This document shows, piece after piece, positions 50,701 through 64,000 of a stretch of 64,000 nt of DNA. Under the pieces are notes generated by a model, which saw only the letters and a list, made by a program, of their open reading frames with translations, did not search any database and had not been told where the DNA came from. How positions within the stretch are numbered: the stretch's first letter is position 1; every line of letters begins with the position of its first letter. The translations under genes and the position numbers were made by a program. Location: positions 43,958,001-44,022,000 of the forward strand of contig NC_059430.1 of NCBI RefSeq assembly GCF_021028975.2, written 5' to 3'. Source of the DNA: Sphaerodactylus townsendi. Lineage: Eukaryota.

Positions 50701-53700
50701 GAGTTAGAATTTTCACAGTAAGAAAGTGGTAAGTCACAAGTAATAAAATAAGCCACAGAGGAACATTAATACAGTTAAAAGCTAAACATTAATTTTAACA
50801 GCAAATAAAAGTCTACTGCAAAACTTCCAAAGAAGAATTTAAGAAGCAGGCCACTAAAAGCATCAAGACAATCAATAAACATTTCTTTAAATATATCCTG
50901 AGTAGGAAACCAGCAAGAAAAGCAGTTGGACCTCTGGATGACTAGGGAATAAACAGATTGCTAAAGGAAGATGGCAGAGAAACTCAATATGTTTTTTGCT
51001 TCTGTCTTTAATGTGCAAGGTTTGGGGGCATGTACCAATGCTACAGTCACTATTTTTGGAAAAGGAATTGAGTAAAACTGAGGAGATTAAGTTCTACACC
51101 TACTGGAGAAATTAAAAACTGATAACTCTCCAGGTCCTAATGGCATACACCTAAAAGTTCTTCGGGAGCTGAAATGTGAGACTGTTGATCTACTAACCTG
51201 TACATTAAACTTATCACTAAATTCAGCTACAGTACCAGAAGACTGCAAAGTAGCAAATATAGCCTAGATTTTTAATAGGGGATTCATCAGGGAACTAGGA
51301 AATTACTGACCAGGTAGCAAATCAGTAGGAGGTTTAATTAAAGATGGAATATTAGTCACATAGAGGAATAAACCTGATGAAAGAAAATCAGCATGGCTGC
51401 TGCAAAGGAAAGTCCCACCTCACCAACCTTTGGGTGTTCTTTGAAAAGGCGAATGAACATGTAAATAACAGTGACTCTGCAGTCACTACATACTTGGACT
51501 TTCAAAAAGCTTTTGACAAGGCACCTCACCAAAGACTCCCAAATGAACTTGGCCATCATGGGATAAGAGATGAATTATCTTATGATTGGTTAAATGAAAG
51601 GAAGCAAAGATATAGTCCTCACAATACATAGATAGTCTTCACACTGGAGAGAAGTAAGCAGTGGGGTCCCACAAGGATTGGTACTGAGGTTGGTACTATT
51701 TAATCTGTTCATAAGTCATCTGAACTAGGGGTAAGAAGTGTAGTGGCCAAGTTCACAATTACACAAAATGTTGAAAGCCAAGGATGATTGTGAAGAGCTG
51801 CAGGAGGGCTTCCACAAATTGCCTTGTTCTCTCCCCCTGGGTTGCAAGAAAGCCCTCTGGAGGCAGCAGAGCACTGCCACAACAGCACTGCCCCTGGCCG
51901 CCAGGGGCTCTGTAGTGTGCTGTCCATATTCTAAACATTTTACAGTAATCTAAGAGACAGTTTAAAGACTCTGAGACAGAGGAACTATGTGCTTCCCCAA
52001 GTCTAGAAGTGAGTTTTTCAGACAAGGACAGTGCTACCTATTAGTATTTCCATTAGAATAATGAAATAGTATTTCCATTAGAATAATGGAAATGCCAAAC
52101 AGCCACAGACAGCACAACTCTGCCAGCCTAATAATACTCCAGTATTCAGGCACACTGAAACCATGCGCCAAAAGACTCATCATAATGAAAAGAAAATAAT
52201 GGCTGGTCCTATTTTATCAGTACTATAGAGAGCAGCTGAAAACCTTGTTACGCACCTTACAAGAGGAATCTGTAATTCAACTGGGGAGAAAACTAAATCT
52301 TATTCATACTTCTTTACTATCTCTGCCTAAACACAAAGCAGATCATAAAAACAACCCTAAGTGGAGCAATTAAAAAGCCAATGAGGTGTAATGGTTGGCA
52401 TGCCAGACTAACTTGTGGAAGTCACAGGTTCAAATCTTCCCCCAACAATGAAGCTCACAGGATGGCCTTGGGCAAGTCACTCTCCTTAGCCTAACAGCAC
52501 AGCATATTTTATCAAGTTGCTGTGAGGATAAAACTAGGAACGAGCAATAGTGTATGCTGCCCCAAAATCCTTGGAGGAAGGTTCGGACTGAAATGCACTA
52601 GATGCATTTCCACTGTACTAAAGTCGCTTACCTGATTTCTTGTCTTCCCCACCTTCCCTCTCAGAATTGTCATCGAGATGCATTAACTCCTCCCCTTCAC
52701 TGTCCACGTCAGTCCTGTCACTTTCACTGTCATCAGTAGAGTCGTCATGCTTGTCCTGATCCATGTCCTCAGGATAGCCCTCATCTTCACTGGTGCTGGA
52801 AGCCTCATCATCATGTCCTCGAGGACCTAAGGGGTACCAATAAAATGAGGCAACCAAGAAAACGTTCAACACATTGTTTGATTTTGCAGTAAGTAAGCTT
52901 TAGTTGTCTCATTTCAAGAAGGAACAAAAAGGGGAAGAAGTACTACTTCCACATCTAAGGTTCCCACTAATGCCGGGGGGAGATTTTTTGCCAATTTCTC
53001 CATGTCACAGGAGACCTCCAATTCCCCTCCAAGTTGTTCTTTGGAGTCCTCTATCATCCATAAGCAGAATTTCATGGGGTATTTTGAGCTGCTCTATGTA
53101 TCAGTGAAGATGAGCCCTCCTCCTTGCACCCATACACAGGATCCAGAACTAACTGTGCTGCATATATTCCAGAGACAGCAACTTAATTATTCAAACATAG
53201 ATGCAAAGAGGATGCAGTAAAAAAGGGACAAGTCAACATATACTGGCTCTCTAGGTGCCTTTTCCCCCAAAGGTTGCTCTAACCCACTAATCTATTGGCA
53301 TGCCTCTACAGCATTACTGAAGAGCTTTATATAGAGCTGCTTCTAATTCATGCCAAAAAAACCACATATGTTATGCAACACGTGTGATGTTATGGCAGTC
53401 AGATCTGAAGACAACAAGATGATTATACATTAGAACAATTTTATTTATACACACCTAGTGTGTTTCATACTAGGCAGCTGGAAATGTTTACACACACTGA
53501 AAACTGCATCACACCTTATTACACACACATTGAAAACTGCATCATGCACAATGACATTTAAGAGATCTTGTATGTCTGCTCCATGCCCTCTACATTGGAA
53601 TCCCTTAAACAATGTTACCTGGCTTTGGATTTTTTTGAAGTCCATCTCTTAGGCTGCTTTACATCCAAGTCTGAGATTCAAAAGGTTTCAGTTTCCCCTT

Positions 53701-56700
53701 CCGTAAGCATTTGTACCTTCAAAGCTAAAATAAAAAACGACTTCTCTGGTCTGAAAATTAAGCAAGTTTTTTTCCCTTCACACACATTTCTGCTGTACAA
53801 ATGAGAGCAAAAGTTTCTGTCACGCACTTTAGAAAGAGGGAAGCTATCCATTTACCTGTCTCTGGACTGTAAGACACCTCCTCCTCTCTCCTACGAGGGG
53901 CCAGCTCTAGCGAGAATCCTACTTTACGCCCATACATCTGCAAGACTTGAAGTGGCGGGGGCCCTGGTGGAGGTCCAGGTGGCTTCCTGCCAGGAGGTAA
54001 CCGAGGAACACCATGCCCAGGAGGTGGAAGTACAGAAACAGGCCGGACGGGAGGTCTAGGTTTGGAAAAATAATAATTTTCAGTAACTTCCATACTGGTC
54101 TGACCTCACCTGGAATTCTGCGTCCAGTTCTAGGCACCACAATTCGAGAACGGTATTGACAAGCTGGAACCTATCCAGAGGAAGGCAACCAAAATGGTAA
54201 AAGATCTGGAATCCATGAGGAGAGACTTAGTGAGCTGGGTATGTTTAGTCTGAAGAAGAGAAGGCTGAGTGGTGACATGACAGCCATGTTTAAATATTTG
54301 AATGGAAGTCATGTTGAAGATGCAGCAGCTTGTTTTCTGCTGCTCCAGAGATTAGTACATGGAACAAGGGATTCAAACAATGAGAAAAAGATTCCACCTC
54401 AACATCAAGAACTTCTTGAAAATAAAGGCTGTTTGACACTGGAATACTCTGCCTCAGAGGCTGATAAGTCTCCTTTGGAGTTTTTAAAACAGAGCCCGGA
54501 TGACTTTTTTCTAAATGTTGCGTGAAGAAGTTTTTCTAAATCAACCACATGTTTTTCTAAATCAACCACATACAAGAGAGGAACATAGCAATGTGCATGT
54601 GACAAGGGATAGTGTCTACAAAAGACTTGAGGGTATAGCACATAAATCCCAGGTTAAGGACAGAGGCAAGGTATACAGGTGTCTCTATGCTAATAGTAGA
54701 AGCCTTCGACCTAAAATGGGGGAGCTGGAGTACAGAGTTTTGAAGGAGGACTTTGATATAGTGGGCATTACAGAGACATGGTGGAATGAGGAGAGCCAGT
54801 GGGATGCTGTTATACCAGGCTACAGGCTCTATAGGAAGGATAGGACAGGGCGCATTGGGGGTGGAGTTGCCCTTTACATAAAAGAGAGCATAGTGTCATA
54901 TAAAATAGACAATGCAAGGGGAGCTGGTTCCCCTACAGAATCACTGTGGATATCAATACCAGGTGTGAAGGACAGTTTAATATTAGGAATATATTATCGT
55001 CCCCCTGACCAAAGTGCACAAGAGGATTCTGAGATGGAAAAAGCAATTAGAGAGGCCAACAAAAACAAAAATGTAGTGGTAGTGGGCGATTTTAACTATC
55101 CCCATATAAACTGGAAAAATGTATGTTCAGGTCATAGTAAGGAGAGAGCATTCCTGGATATGCTAAATGACTGTGGCTTAGAGCAGATGGTTGTGGAACC
55201 AACCAGGGGAGAGGTGATCCTAGATCTAATTCTATGTGGGACCCAGGACCTGGTGCAGGAAGTCAGTGTTGTTGAGCCGATAGGGAACAGCGACCACAAT
55301 GCTGTCAGATTCAGTATCTCTGCATGCGAACAAGTGACAACTACTAATGTAGTTACATTCACCTTCAGAAAGGGAAATTTCTCAAAGATGAGGGGGATAG
55401 TGCGCAGGAAGCTGAAAGGGAAAATCAAGAGTGTCAAAACTGTCCAGGATGCTTGGAGGTTATTTTAAAAACACAGTAATAAAAGCTCAGCTGGAATATG
55501 TTCCGCAGGTTAGGAAAGGCAGCACCCAGTCCAAAAGAAAGCCACCATGGTTAACAAGAGAGGTTGAGGAAATTATCAGAAAAAAGAAAATGTCTTTTAG
55601 AAAATGGAAGTCCAGTTTGACTGATGAAGAATATGAGAGGGAACACAAATGGTGGCAAAAGAGAAGCAAGTTAGCTGTAAGGGAGGCAAAAAAGGATTAT
55701 GAGGAACGCATGGCTGCGAACATCAAGACCAGCAACAAACAGTTCTTCAAGTACATCAAAAGCAGGAAGCCAGCTAGGGAAGTGGTAGGCCCGTTAGATG
55801 ATGAAGGAACAAAAGGTGTGCTAAAAGATGACAGGGAAATTGCAGAGAAGCTGATGAATTCTTTGCATCTGTCTTCACCCAAGAGGAGGTGAGGAAAATT
55901 CCTGCACCTGAACCAAGCTTCTTAGGAGGCAAATCCGAGGAACTAGCAAAGATAGTGGTAGACAAGGAAGAAGTTCTGGCAGCCATTGATAAACTAAATG
56001 CTACCAAATCCCCTGGCCCAGATTGCATTCACCCAAGAGTTCTAAAAGAGATCAAGCATGAAATTGCTGATCTTCTCACTTTAATATGCAACTTATCCCT
56101 GAAATCAGGCTCCATCCCTGAAGACTGGAAGATGGCCCATGTCACACCAATCTTTAAGAAAGGATCTAGGGGGGACCCGGGAAATTACAGGCCAGTCAGT
56201 TTGACATCTGTTCCTGGCAAATTAGTAGAATCTATCATTAAAGATAAAATTACTAAACATGTAGAAAAGCAAGACCTGCTGAGAAAGAGTCAGCATTGCT
56301 TTTGCAGAGGCAAATCCTGTCTTACAAACTTACTAGAGTTCTTTGAGGGTGTAAACAGGCATGTGGATGAGGGGGAACCAGTGGACATTGTCTACTTGGA
56401 TTTCCAAAAGGCTTTTGACAAAGTTCCTTGCCAGAGACTATTGAGAAAACTCAGCAATCAATGAATAAGAGGGGAAGTCCTCCTATGGATTAAAAACTGG
56501 TTGAGGAACAGGAAACAAAGGGTGGGTATAAATGGGAAATTCTCACAATGGAGAGATGTAAGGAGTGGTGTCCCCCAAGGATCCGTTTTGGGACCAGTGC
56601 TCTTTAACTTATTCATAAATGACCTGGAAGTAGGGGTGGGTAGCGTGGTGGCCAAGTTTGCAGATGATACTAAATTATGTAGGGTGGTGAGAACCGCAAA

Positions 56701-59700
56701 GGATTGCGAAGAAGAGCTCCAAGCGGACCTTGATAAATTAGGTGAGTGGGCTAAGAAATGGCAAATGCAGTTCAATGTAGCAAAATGTAAAGTGATGCAC
56801 ATAGGGGCAAAAAATCCAAACTTCACATACATGCTACAGGGGTCAGTGCTATCAGTCACAGACCAGGAAAGGGATTTGGGCGTCTTAGTTGATAGTTCCA
56901 TGGGAATGTCAACTCAATGCATGGCAGCGGTGAAAAAGGCAAACTCTATGCTGGGGATCATTAGGAAAGGAATTGAGAATAAAACTGCAAAGATTGTCAT
57001 GCCCTTATATAAAGCAGTGGTGCGACCGCACTTGGAGTACTGTGTTCAGTTCTGGTCGCCACATCTCAAAAAGGATATTGAAGAGATAGAAAAAGTGCAG
57101 AGAAGGGCAACAAGGATGATTGAGGGACTGGAGCACCTTCCTTATGAGGAGAGGCTGCAGCGTTTGGGACTCTTTAGTTTGGAGAGGAGACGTCTGAGAG
57201 GGGATATGATTGAAGTCTATAAAATTATGGATGGGGTAGAAAATGTTGACAGAGAGAAATTTTTCTCTCTTTCTCACAATAATAGAACCAGGGGGTATAC
57301 ATTAATACATACATTAATACATTAATACATAGCTCTAATGCAGCTCCAAAAGAATTACTGTAGCAAATCTAAGACCATGGCCTCTACAGCAATAACTCCT
57401 GATTGAGCTATATCCAAGGCCCAACTGTGACATTCCCCTCCTGCCCCAAAAGTATTTGCCTATCCTCAATATGGGCAGGAGACTTGTTTTGAGCAGAGGA
57501 AAAGGCTTCTAAGCTGCAAATGTATTATCGCTGTTCTGCTGAATTCACTGGAAAAAGCTTTTGCCCTACACTTTAGCTACTTAATGACCAGTTAAAGATA
57601 ATTCCAAGGCAGAGTAAAAAATCTTAAAAATAAGTTTCTCTTGTCTTAAACCACAGACTTAGCTCCAGCATCATACTGCATGAACAAAGGGCAGCTAAGT
57701 AATGCACTCTGTACTGAACATACATTCCAAAGTTCATACACATACCTTACCTATACCTAATAACTACTGTTAAACCAACTCTAAGAACTACAGCAACAGT
57801 GAAAATCACAACAGCAGATTCTGAGACACAATTCCCTAGCTTTCTTTAATACATTTCTTATTCTTACCCATAGGCTGATGTTTTCTTGAGAATAGAGGGT
57901 GGCTGTGCTCCAGGCAAAGGGATGTCTTGGATGAGAATGTTGGAGGGAGCATGAGGCATATCTGGCAGGGGGATACTCTCCACTTCAACATGCTGGGCAT
58001 TCTGTAACAGATTGAAATACCATGTAGGTGAATCTTCAAGAGGCAGCAACATCATTATTTTCAGTTAGCATTAAACAGTTTGAATCTTCTTTTAGTAAAT
58101 AACTCCAGATACTAATATTGGACAAATAGGCCCTGAATTCCAGTTACAACAGCCATGAAAAAGGGTAGCTAAAACAGCCAGAACTTATTAAAACCTCCTA
58201 TGCCATGCAGATTTCACCAGTGGGAAAGAATGTCCAGTTTAAATCAAAATCTGATTTTATTTGCTTCAAGGCTAAATAGGAACACTGAGCATTTTGTTCT
58301 AGCAAACAGAAGTCGTGGGGAGCAGAAGCAGCTCTAAACATGAAAATAGGGCAAGACTCAAAAATTGCGTAAAGAAGCTTTAGAAACCCAGGTTAGCCCC
58401 CTTAGAAATCAAAAGAATGACAATCTAAGACGCCAGCTCCAAACGTCGGCTGGAGATGAATGGGATGACTTTAAGCAACTGCTATTGCAGTTGGGTAAAA
58501 CTTGTGCAATGCCACTGGTCAAAAATGCAGCACCTAGGCCGGTAGTAAGTATAATTTACTGTTCAAAATCTCACTGCTCTTAAATTTTACTGGTCCCACA
58601 GTACTCAAGAGAGGGCACTGTCACATGTGAGCTTAGTCTCTAACAGAGATCTTTGTCAGAGGTCTTGCTCTATGTGTGACCACTTTCAAAGGTAAGATGA
58701 CCAGCCACAAGGTGCTTTCTCGATGATAAGAACTTGGTCCCTTCTTTCATAAGCCTGTTCAGGGCCAAACTTGTATTCTTTTAGATTTCAGGTAAAGAGT
58801 TTCTCAGTTTCCCATATATTTTAGACCTATTCTCCCTTGTAACTGTTTGAGCCACCTTTAGATGTATGCTTTTGTTTTAAAAGATTTTCTAATTTTTCAA
58901 TGCTGTGGAATTAAAAAAAAAATAAGATCTAATGTCTGATGCTGTTTAAATTGCTTCTATCTGCTTATTTTTACACCTTTCCCACTGTCACAGTTTTGTT
59001 TGTATCAGTTTTATTATTATTATACTGTTTTTAAATGCTTTGTGGTGAACTGCCTTGGAAATATACATATGGAAAAGTGGACCAAAAAGCATAATGAAAC
59101 CAACGTTGTTCAAAAAGCGATTACCTTGACAGCATCAAAGTACTGACTGAGCTGAGATCTCTTCTGCTCATATTCCACTTCTAGTTTACGCAACTCCTTG
59201 TAGATGTCTGGATTCTCCTTCTCGTATAGCCGCAGAATACGCTCAAAAGTTTCACGCAGTTTCTTACGCTTGTCCTTCAGTACCTTCTCATTTAGTTGGG
59301 GTTGTTGTACTGGGTTAAATTCTGTTGCAGTAATAGCAGGACCAGGACAGCCAAATGAAAGAGTTTTACAAGGAAAATGTAGAGGAATCATCCCTTCCCT
59401 TTGTGTATTACACAACCAACTCGAAAACAGCACTGAAAAGGCCTGTAGTTTCCACCCAAGCTTCCAAGCAACAGAGAACAAAATGAATATTAGATAAAAG
59501 CTTCCCACAAAAGCTTCCAGATCGTCTCTATTTCCTAACTCAGGGCAAAAACAGCTACCAGTTCTTGACAGAAATGAGGCCCTTTACTGCACTTACCCTC
59601 CTTTCTCCAGAACATAACAGAGTATCATTGCTTTTTATGCCATCAGCATATCAACTTGTGAATCTATCCTTTCAGTCCCTTGAGCCCACAGACACACTCT

Positions 59701-62700
59701 AATCACCTGACTTTTTTTCATCTGTAACCTTCCTACCATTCAATTCTGCAAAAGAGATATATTCATACCCACCCATTTCATCAAGTTTTTCCATGTCCCG
59801 AATGATTTGCTTGGGATCCTTCATTTTTAGCACAGCTGCTCGCACCATCATACGTTGCTTCTTGTTCTAAACTCAACAAAAATTAAAAGCCAGAAAGAAA
59901 TGATTGTATTTGAAGAACAATGTACAGAACTCCAACAAACGGTATAAGTTCTTATTTTGGATCTCATATAGTCTAAGGCTAAACTATCTTAGATTGTTTG
60001 TGGCAACTCAAGACCATGCATTTGATTTAAATAAGATTTATCACCCACACTTTCAGAGTTTCTATATAAACCTTATTTAATGTTAACTGTGGTCTCCAGT
60101 GTCCTCAAATCTGTGGTTCTGTGAAATGTTACAGTATTTTCTACTTGTAAAACATTTTCTAATCCTTCTTTGTCAAACAAATATGCACTGCAAATTTAAC
60201 TACCTCCCTCAATGACTGCAAAACATTAATAAAATTCAGCATATTTTTAAAATGATTAGACAAGGCAAACTTTACAAAGAGAATGGGTGTGGACATGAAA
60301 ACAGAGCATCATCAAGAGCCCATTTAAATATGTGACCTAATAACCAAAAGGTCCAACCAGCGTTTACTAGTAAAGTAATTCTCTCTCACCTTCTTCAGCT
60401 CCCTTTTCCGGGCCTCCTTGCCTGTAAAGATACAATCAACCCAGAAAACAATTTCAGAACATTCCTTGCAAGTTTCTGGTTGCAATTCTTACTAGGAAGA
60501 AAATCTCAATGAACTCAGAGGGGGATTCCTTCAGTGTAATTTTATGGCTAGTATTTTTCTTATAAAATTGAAGAACTGAAAGACCAATTTATATGCTATG
60601 TTCTTCAGAATCCAAGGCAAATAAAACTTCTAGAACTCAATATTATGTTCATCCAAATTTAAAATGTGGATTTTCCTAATGTATGTTTACCCAAAAGAAG
60701 CAATTAAAGGTTAACTTATATATTTTAGGTTTTTTTATCACATAGTAAAGTATTTGAACAGAATATACCTAATTTGCACACTAGCAGAGTGAAATATTTG
60801 ACCACCATTTCAAATATTAGTATATGCTAATATTCTACACAACACTCACCTCCATGTAGCACAAAGCATAGTATTTGACACCAACCAATAGTTAGACCAC
60901 TATTTTTATGTTTTTGCGTGCATTTTAATTCTTCATTTTTAATGATGTGTGTTTCAGGGTGATTTTAATGGCTTTAAAAATGTGATTTTACCATGTATGT
61001 TTTAAATTGTTAGCCACACTACCAGCCCTTGCAAGGACAGAAAGATGGGAAATACATTTTCTAATTAAATACACAGTTCACCATCCTAAGAACATTTCGT
61101 TCCAATTTTACAGCACTCTCATAAGACTATGACTTGTCCAGCTTCCAGTCACTGTTCCAATGTCATCTAAATGTCACCTAAGTGGAACAGTCTGCTGAGG
61201 AAGAGTCAGCATGGCTTTTGCAGAGGCAAGTCCTGTCTTACAAACTTACTAGAGTTCTTTGAGGATGTAAACAGGCATGTGGATAAGGGGGAACCAGTGG
61301 ACATTGTCTACTTGGATTTCCAAAAGGCTTTTGACAAAGTTCCTTACCAGAGACTATTGAGAAAACTCAGCAATCAAAGAATAAGAGGGGAAGTCTTCCT
61401 ATGGATTAAAAACTGGTTGAGGAACAGGAAACAAAGGGTGGGTATAAATGGGAAGTTCTCACAATGGAGAGATGTAGGGAGTGGTGTCCCCCAAGGATCC
61501 GTTTTGGGACCAGTGCTCTTTAACTTATTCATAAATGACCTGGAAGGAGGGGTGGGTAGCGTGGTGGCCAAGTTTGCAGATGATACTAAATTATATAGGG
61601 TGGTGAGAACCACAAAGGATTGCGAAGAGCTCCAAGCGGACCTTGATAAATTAGGTGAGCGGGCTAAGAAATGGCAAATGCAGTTCAATGTAGCAAAATG
61701 TAAAGTGATGCACATAGGGGCAAAAAATCCAAATTTCACATACACGCTACAGGGGTCAGTGCTATCAGTCACAGACCAGGAAAGGGATTTGGGCGTCTTA
61801 GTTGATAGTTCCATGGGAATGTCAACTCAATGCATGGCAGCGGTGAAAAAGGCAAACCCTATGCTGGGGATAATTAGGAAAGGATTGTCATGCCCTTATA
61901 TAAAGCCGTGGTGCGACCGCACTTGGAGTGCTGTGTTCAGTTCTGGTCGCCACATCTCAAAAAGGATATTGAAGAGATAGAAAAAGTGCAGAGAAGGGCA
62001 ACGAGGATGATTGAGGGACTGGAGCACCTTCCTTATGAGGAGAGGCTGCAGCGTTTGGGACTCTTTAGTTTGGAGAGGAGACGTGGGGGGGGGATATGAT
62101 TGAAGTCTATAAAATTATGGATGGGGTAGAAAATGTTGACAGAGAGAACTTTTTCTCTCTTTCTCACAATTTTAGAACCAGGGGGCATTCATTGAAAATA
62201 CTGGGGGGAAGAATTAGGACTAATAAAAGGAAACACTTCTTCATGCAACGTGTGATTGGTGTTTGGAATATGCTGCCACAGGAGGTGGTGATGGCCACTA
62301 ACCTGGATAGCTTTAAAAAGGGCTTGGACAGATTTATGGAGGAGAAGTCGATCTATGGCTACCAATCTTGATCCTCCTTGATCTCAGATTGCAAATGCCT
62401 TAGCAGACTAGGTGCTCAGGAGCAGCAGCAGCAGGCCATTGCTTTCACATCCTGCACATGAGCTCCCAAAGGCACCTGGTGAGCCACTGCGAGTAGCAGA
62501 GTGCTGGACTAGATGGATTCTGGTCTGATCCAGCAGGCTAGTTCTTATGTTCTTAGTCTCTTCATTCTACTATTTCTTATTCAATCATTGGAAATAAAGA
62601 ATGGAGAGTTTAAAAAACCCCTCTGTTTCGTGAGCCTGCTCTTCACTCTGCTGCCAATCAGCAACAACCCAAAGAAATGCATTTTTATCCTACACTTTTT

Positions 62701-63853
62701 ATCCTATCCTTCTTTTATGAAACTCAGAGCAGGGAATATTGTTCTCCCTAATCATACGAACAAATTTTATAGCCACAACAAGTCTGTGAGGTAGACAAGA
62801 GAATTACTGACCAAAGATCACCCAATATGCATTATGGCAGATTAATAAATGACCACAGGTCCTCCCAATTCATAGTCCACAACTCTAACCACTACACTGT
62901 ACAGGAACACACCCCACACATTTTCAACCCTATATTAAAGAAAGAAGTTATTTGAGTTATCTCCTTCCTATTCCCACATAATTATACTATAATTGCGTTC
63001 ATTTTGGGGGACCTGTCTGCATGGACATCAAGCACCACAGTATGCTAATAAGTTTAAAAATTGCTAATTTCTCACTGAAGTTAACAATTACTTTATTTTG
63101 TATTTATTATGACATTTGTACTCTGCCTTTCTGCCCTTAAAAGCTAACAGTTTAAAACATACACATTTTAAAGCCATTAAAATCAGCCCTGCCCTCACCC
63201 CACACGCAAGACAGACTTACAATCTAGCATTTTTCCAATTAGAAAGTTAATAAGGCTGGACATATACTGCCTGAAAACATACAGAGCATTGCCTGATCTG
63301 CCATAGACAATTTCTCAGACCTGTCTTTAAGTAAGGCAGCTCCAGAATTTTACCATCTGGAAGCAATTTGATTCCTGAAGGAATTGTCAACTCGGGGCAG
63401 CTAAATGCTGGATAAGATAATACTTTCATGCAACATTGAGAAACCATGTACATATAAAGCAAGTCCAGCTAACGTGTCATCTATATAGTATATAATAGCT
63501 TATGTGCTTCAAGCATCATCCACAAGATTTTTAAAGGCAACCACTATATGCCTCCATTTTATGAAAGATACTAGATTTTTATCTAAGCTGAAATCTTAGG
63601 TTTCTGTCTGATCTATACTTCACACACACACTCCTAACAAGTATTTCTGTCCCAATTTCTTTTCCTGCATTGTGCAATTAAGAGAAAACAAAATGAACTG
63701 TTCAATCTTACACAACATTCTACAAGTCTTGGACCACCTCTCTCCACTGAACCCTCTACTGATCTTACAGAAATTCTCTGAGCACTTACGAGCTTGATCG
63801 GTGGGATTCATGAACTTCCCACTCTTGGTGGAAGACGTTGACCTCCGTCCCAT
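41746..63853 (-). CDS. WBP11: WW domain-binding protein 11 (SIPP1/NpwBP), 641 aa; exons 63853-63790, 60421-60390, 59866-59773, 59321-59125, 58001-57868, 54055-53856, 52826-52632, 50680-50579, 44211-43906, 42862-42680, 42164-41746
   Basis: Eleven exons with GT/AG sites and consistent phases total 1926 nt. Starts [32 protein letters not shown]. Contains PP1-binding RVxF-like motifs RKVGF and SVRF and Pro-rich PPGPPP tracts, and ends [16 protein letters not shown]. The first coding exon has its acceptor at 63901-63902, so non-coding exon 1 lies beyond the window. Candidate AATAAA at 41310-41305 and 41180-41175. Confidence 0.97.
44940..45120 (-). mobile_element. 5S rRNA-derived SINE
   Basis: ggtttcccatccaagtacttactaggactaactgtgcttagcttcc is a diverged antisense 5S rRNA segment; tail shared with 15870-16086. 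Confidence 0.6.
45700..49840 (+). mobile_element. decayed DIRS-type (tyrosine recombinase) retrotransposon
   Basis: Broken-frame motifs in DIRS order: RT ([22 protein letters not shown]), RNase H (SWGTSL...NILEL), methyltransferase-like (LDLF, LLYALPP) and tyrosine recombinase ([35 protein letters not shown]). Repeat caagatgccctc occurs direct at 49361 and 49802 and inverted at 49435-49446. The 5' boundary is approximate. Confidence 0.82.
48235..48520 (-). mobile_element. tRNA-derived SINE inserted in the DIRS element
   Basis: Minus head gagcagcagtggcatagtggttaagagc...ccgggtttgattcccca (A and B boxes), CORE-like gctgggtgaccttggg, A-rich tail. Confidence 0.8.
50040..50235. mobile_element. Penelope-like inverted terminal remnant
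   Basis: Inverted arms tgtgggttttctgggctgtgtgac / gtcacacagcccagaaaacccaca; minus ctgaagatgccagcc...gaaa. Confidence 0.6.
50860..51820 (+). mobile_element. old CR1 ORF2 fragment
   Basis: Degenerate [16 protein letters not shown]...[16 protein letters not shown] with many stops and frameshifts. Confidence 0.85.
54105..54510 (+). mobile_element. old CR1 3' fragment
   Basis: [20 protein letters not shown] and VQFxAP-like remnants. Confidence 0.75.
54572..57295 (+). mobile_element. young CR1 LINE, nearly complete ORF2 (APE endonuclease + RT), truncated at both ends
   Basis: [69 protein letters not shown]. Frameshifts at about 55460 and 55855 and a stop at 56462. No 3' UTR. Confidence 0.95.
61192..62554 (+). 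mobile_element. young CR1 LINE, 5'-truncated, with an intact 3' end
   Basis: Near-identical to 56276-57293. 22-nt deletion at about 61883. ORF2 stop at 62369-62371, then 3' UTR and ttcttatgttctta tail. Confidence 0.95.
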
Positions 63854-64000
63854 TTTGACTGTTTACTTCTTTCTCAGGTCCGCTGATTAACATTAGAAGA
63901 CTGAGGGGAAAAAACACAGCTTGGCATCATGCCACTCTTAATACAGAATGTATATTGCCAGTTACTGATCTTCTCCGTACCGCCAATATACACACCCAGC

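Noticed and set aside
52042-52088. 22-25 bp tandem duplication (similar one at about 53488-53545)
   Set aside because: Ordinary intronic slippage duplications with no further structure.
54515-57325. Active reverse transcriptase gene or domesticated RT
   Set aside because: CR1 ORF2 is broken by two frameshifts and a stop, with no ORF1 and no 3' end.

Overview
This is vertebrate genomic DNA. The repeat content (CR1, DIRS, Penelope-type ends, hAT/SPIN MITEs, tRNA- and 5S-derived SINEs) suggests a squamate reptile, possibly a gecko; that assignment is inference. From left to right the window holds: (1) APOLD1, 2 exons, minus strand; (2) two out-of-order fragments of a C-factor/CsgA-like SDR gene on the plus strand, a dead last exon and then an orphan first exon behind a nested-palindrome CpG island; (3) an intact 6-exon secreted F-type lectin + pentraxin fusion gene (PXN1-like, 399 aa, minus) whose canonical ligand residues are altered in both domains; (4) a small replication-dependent histone cluster with H3.2, a divergent H2B, H1, a deletion-riddled H3 pseudogene and leftover promoters, but no H2A or H4; (5) all 11 coding exons of WBP11 (641 aa, minus), whose introns hold a decayed DIRS retrotransposon and several CR1 copies. 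All exon structures were reconstructed by hand from GT/AG sites and phase. I found no clearly new multi-gene system. The most unusual items are the lectin-pentraxin fusion, the eroding histone cluster with its orphan H2B, and the SDR junction fragment with its palindrome.
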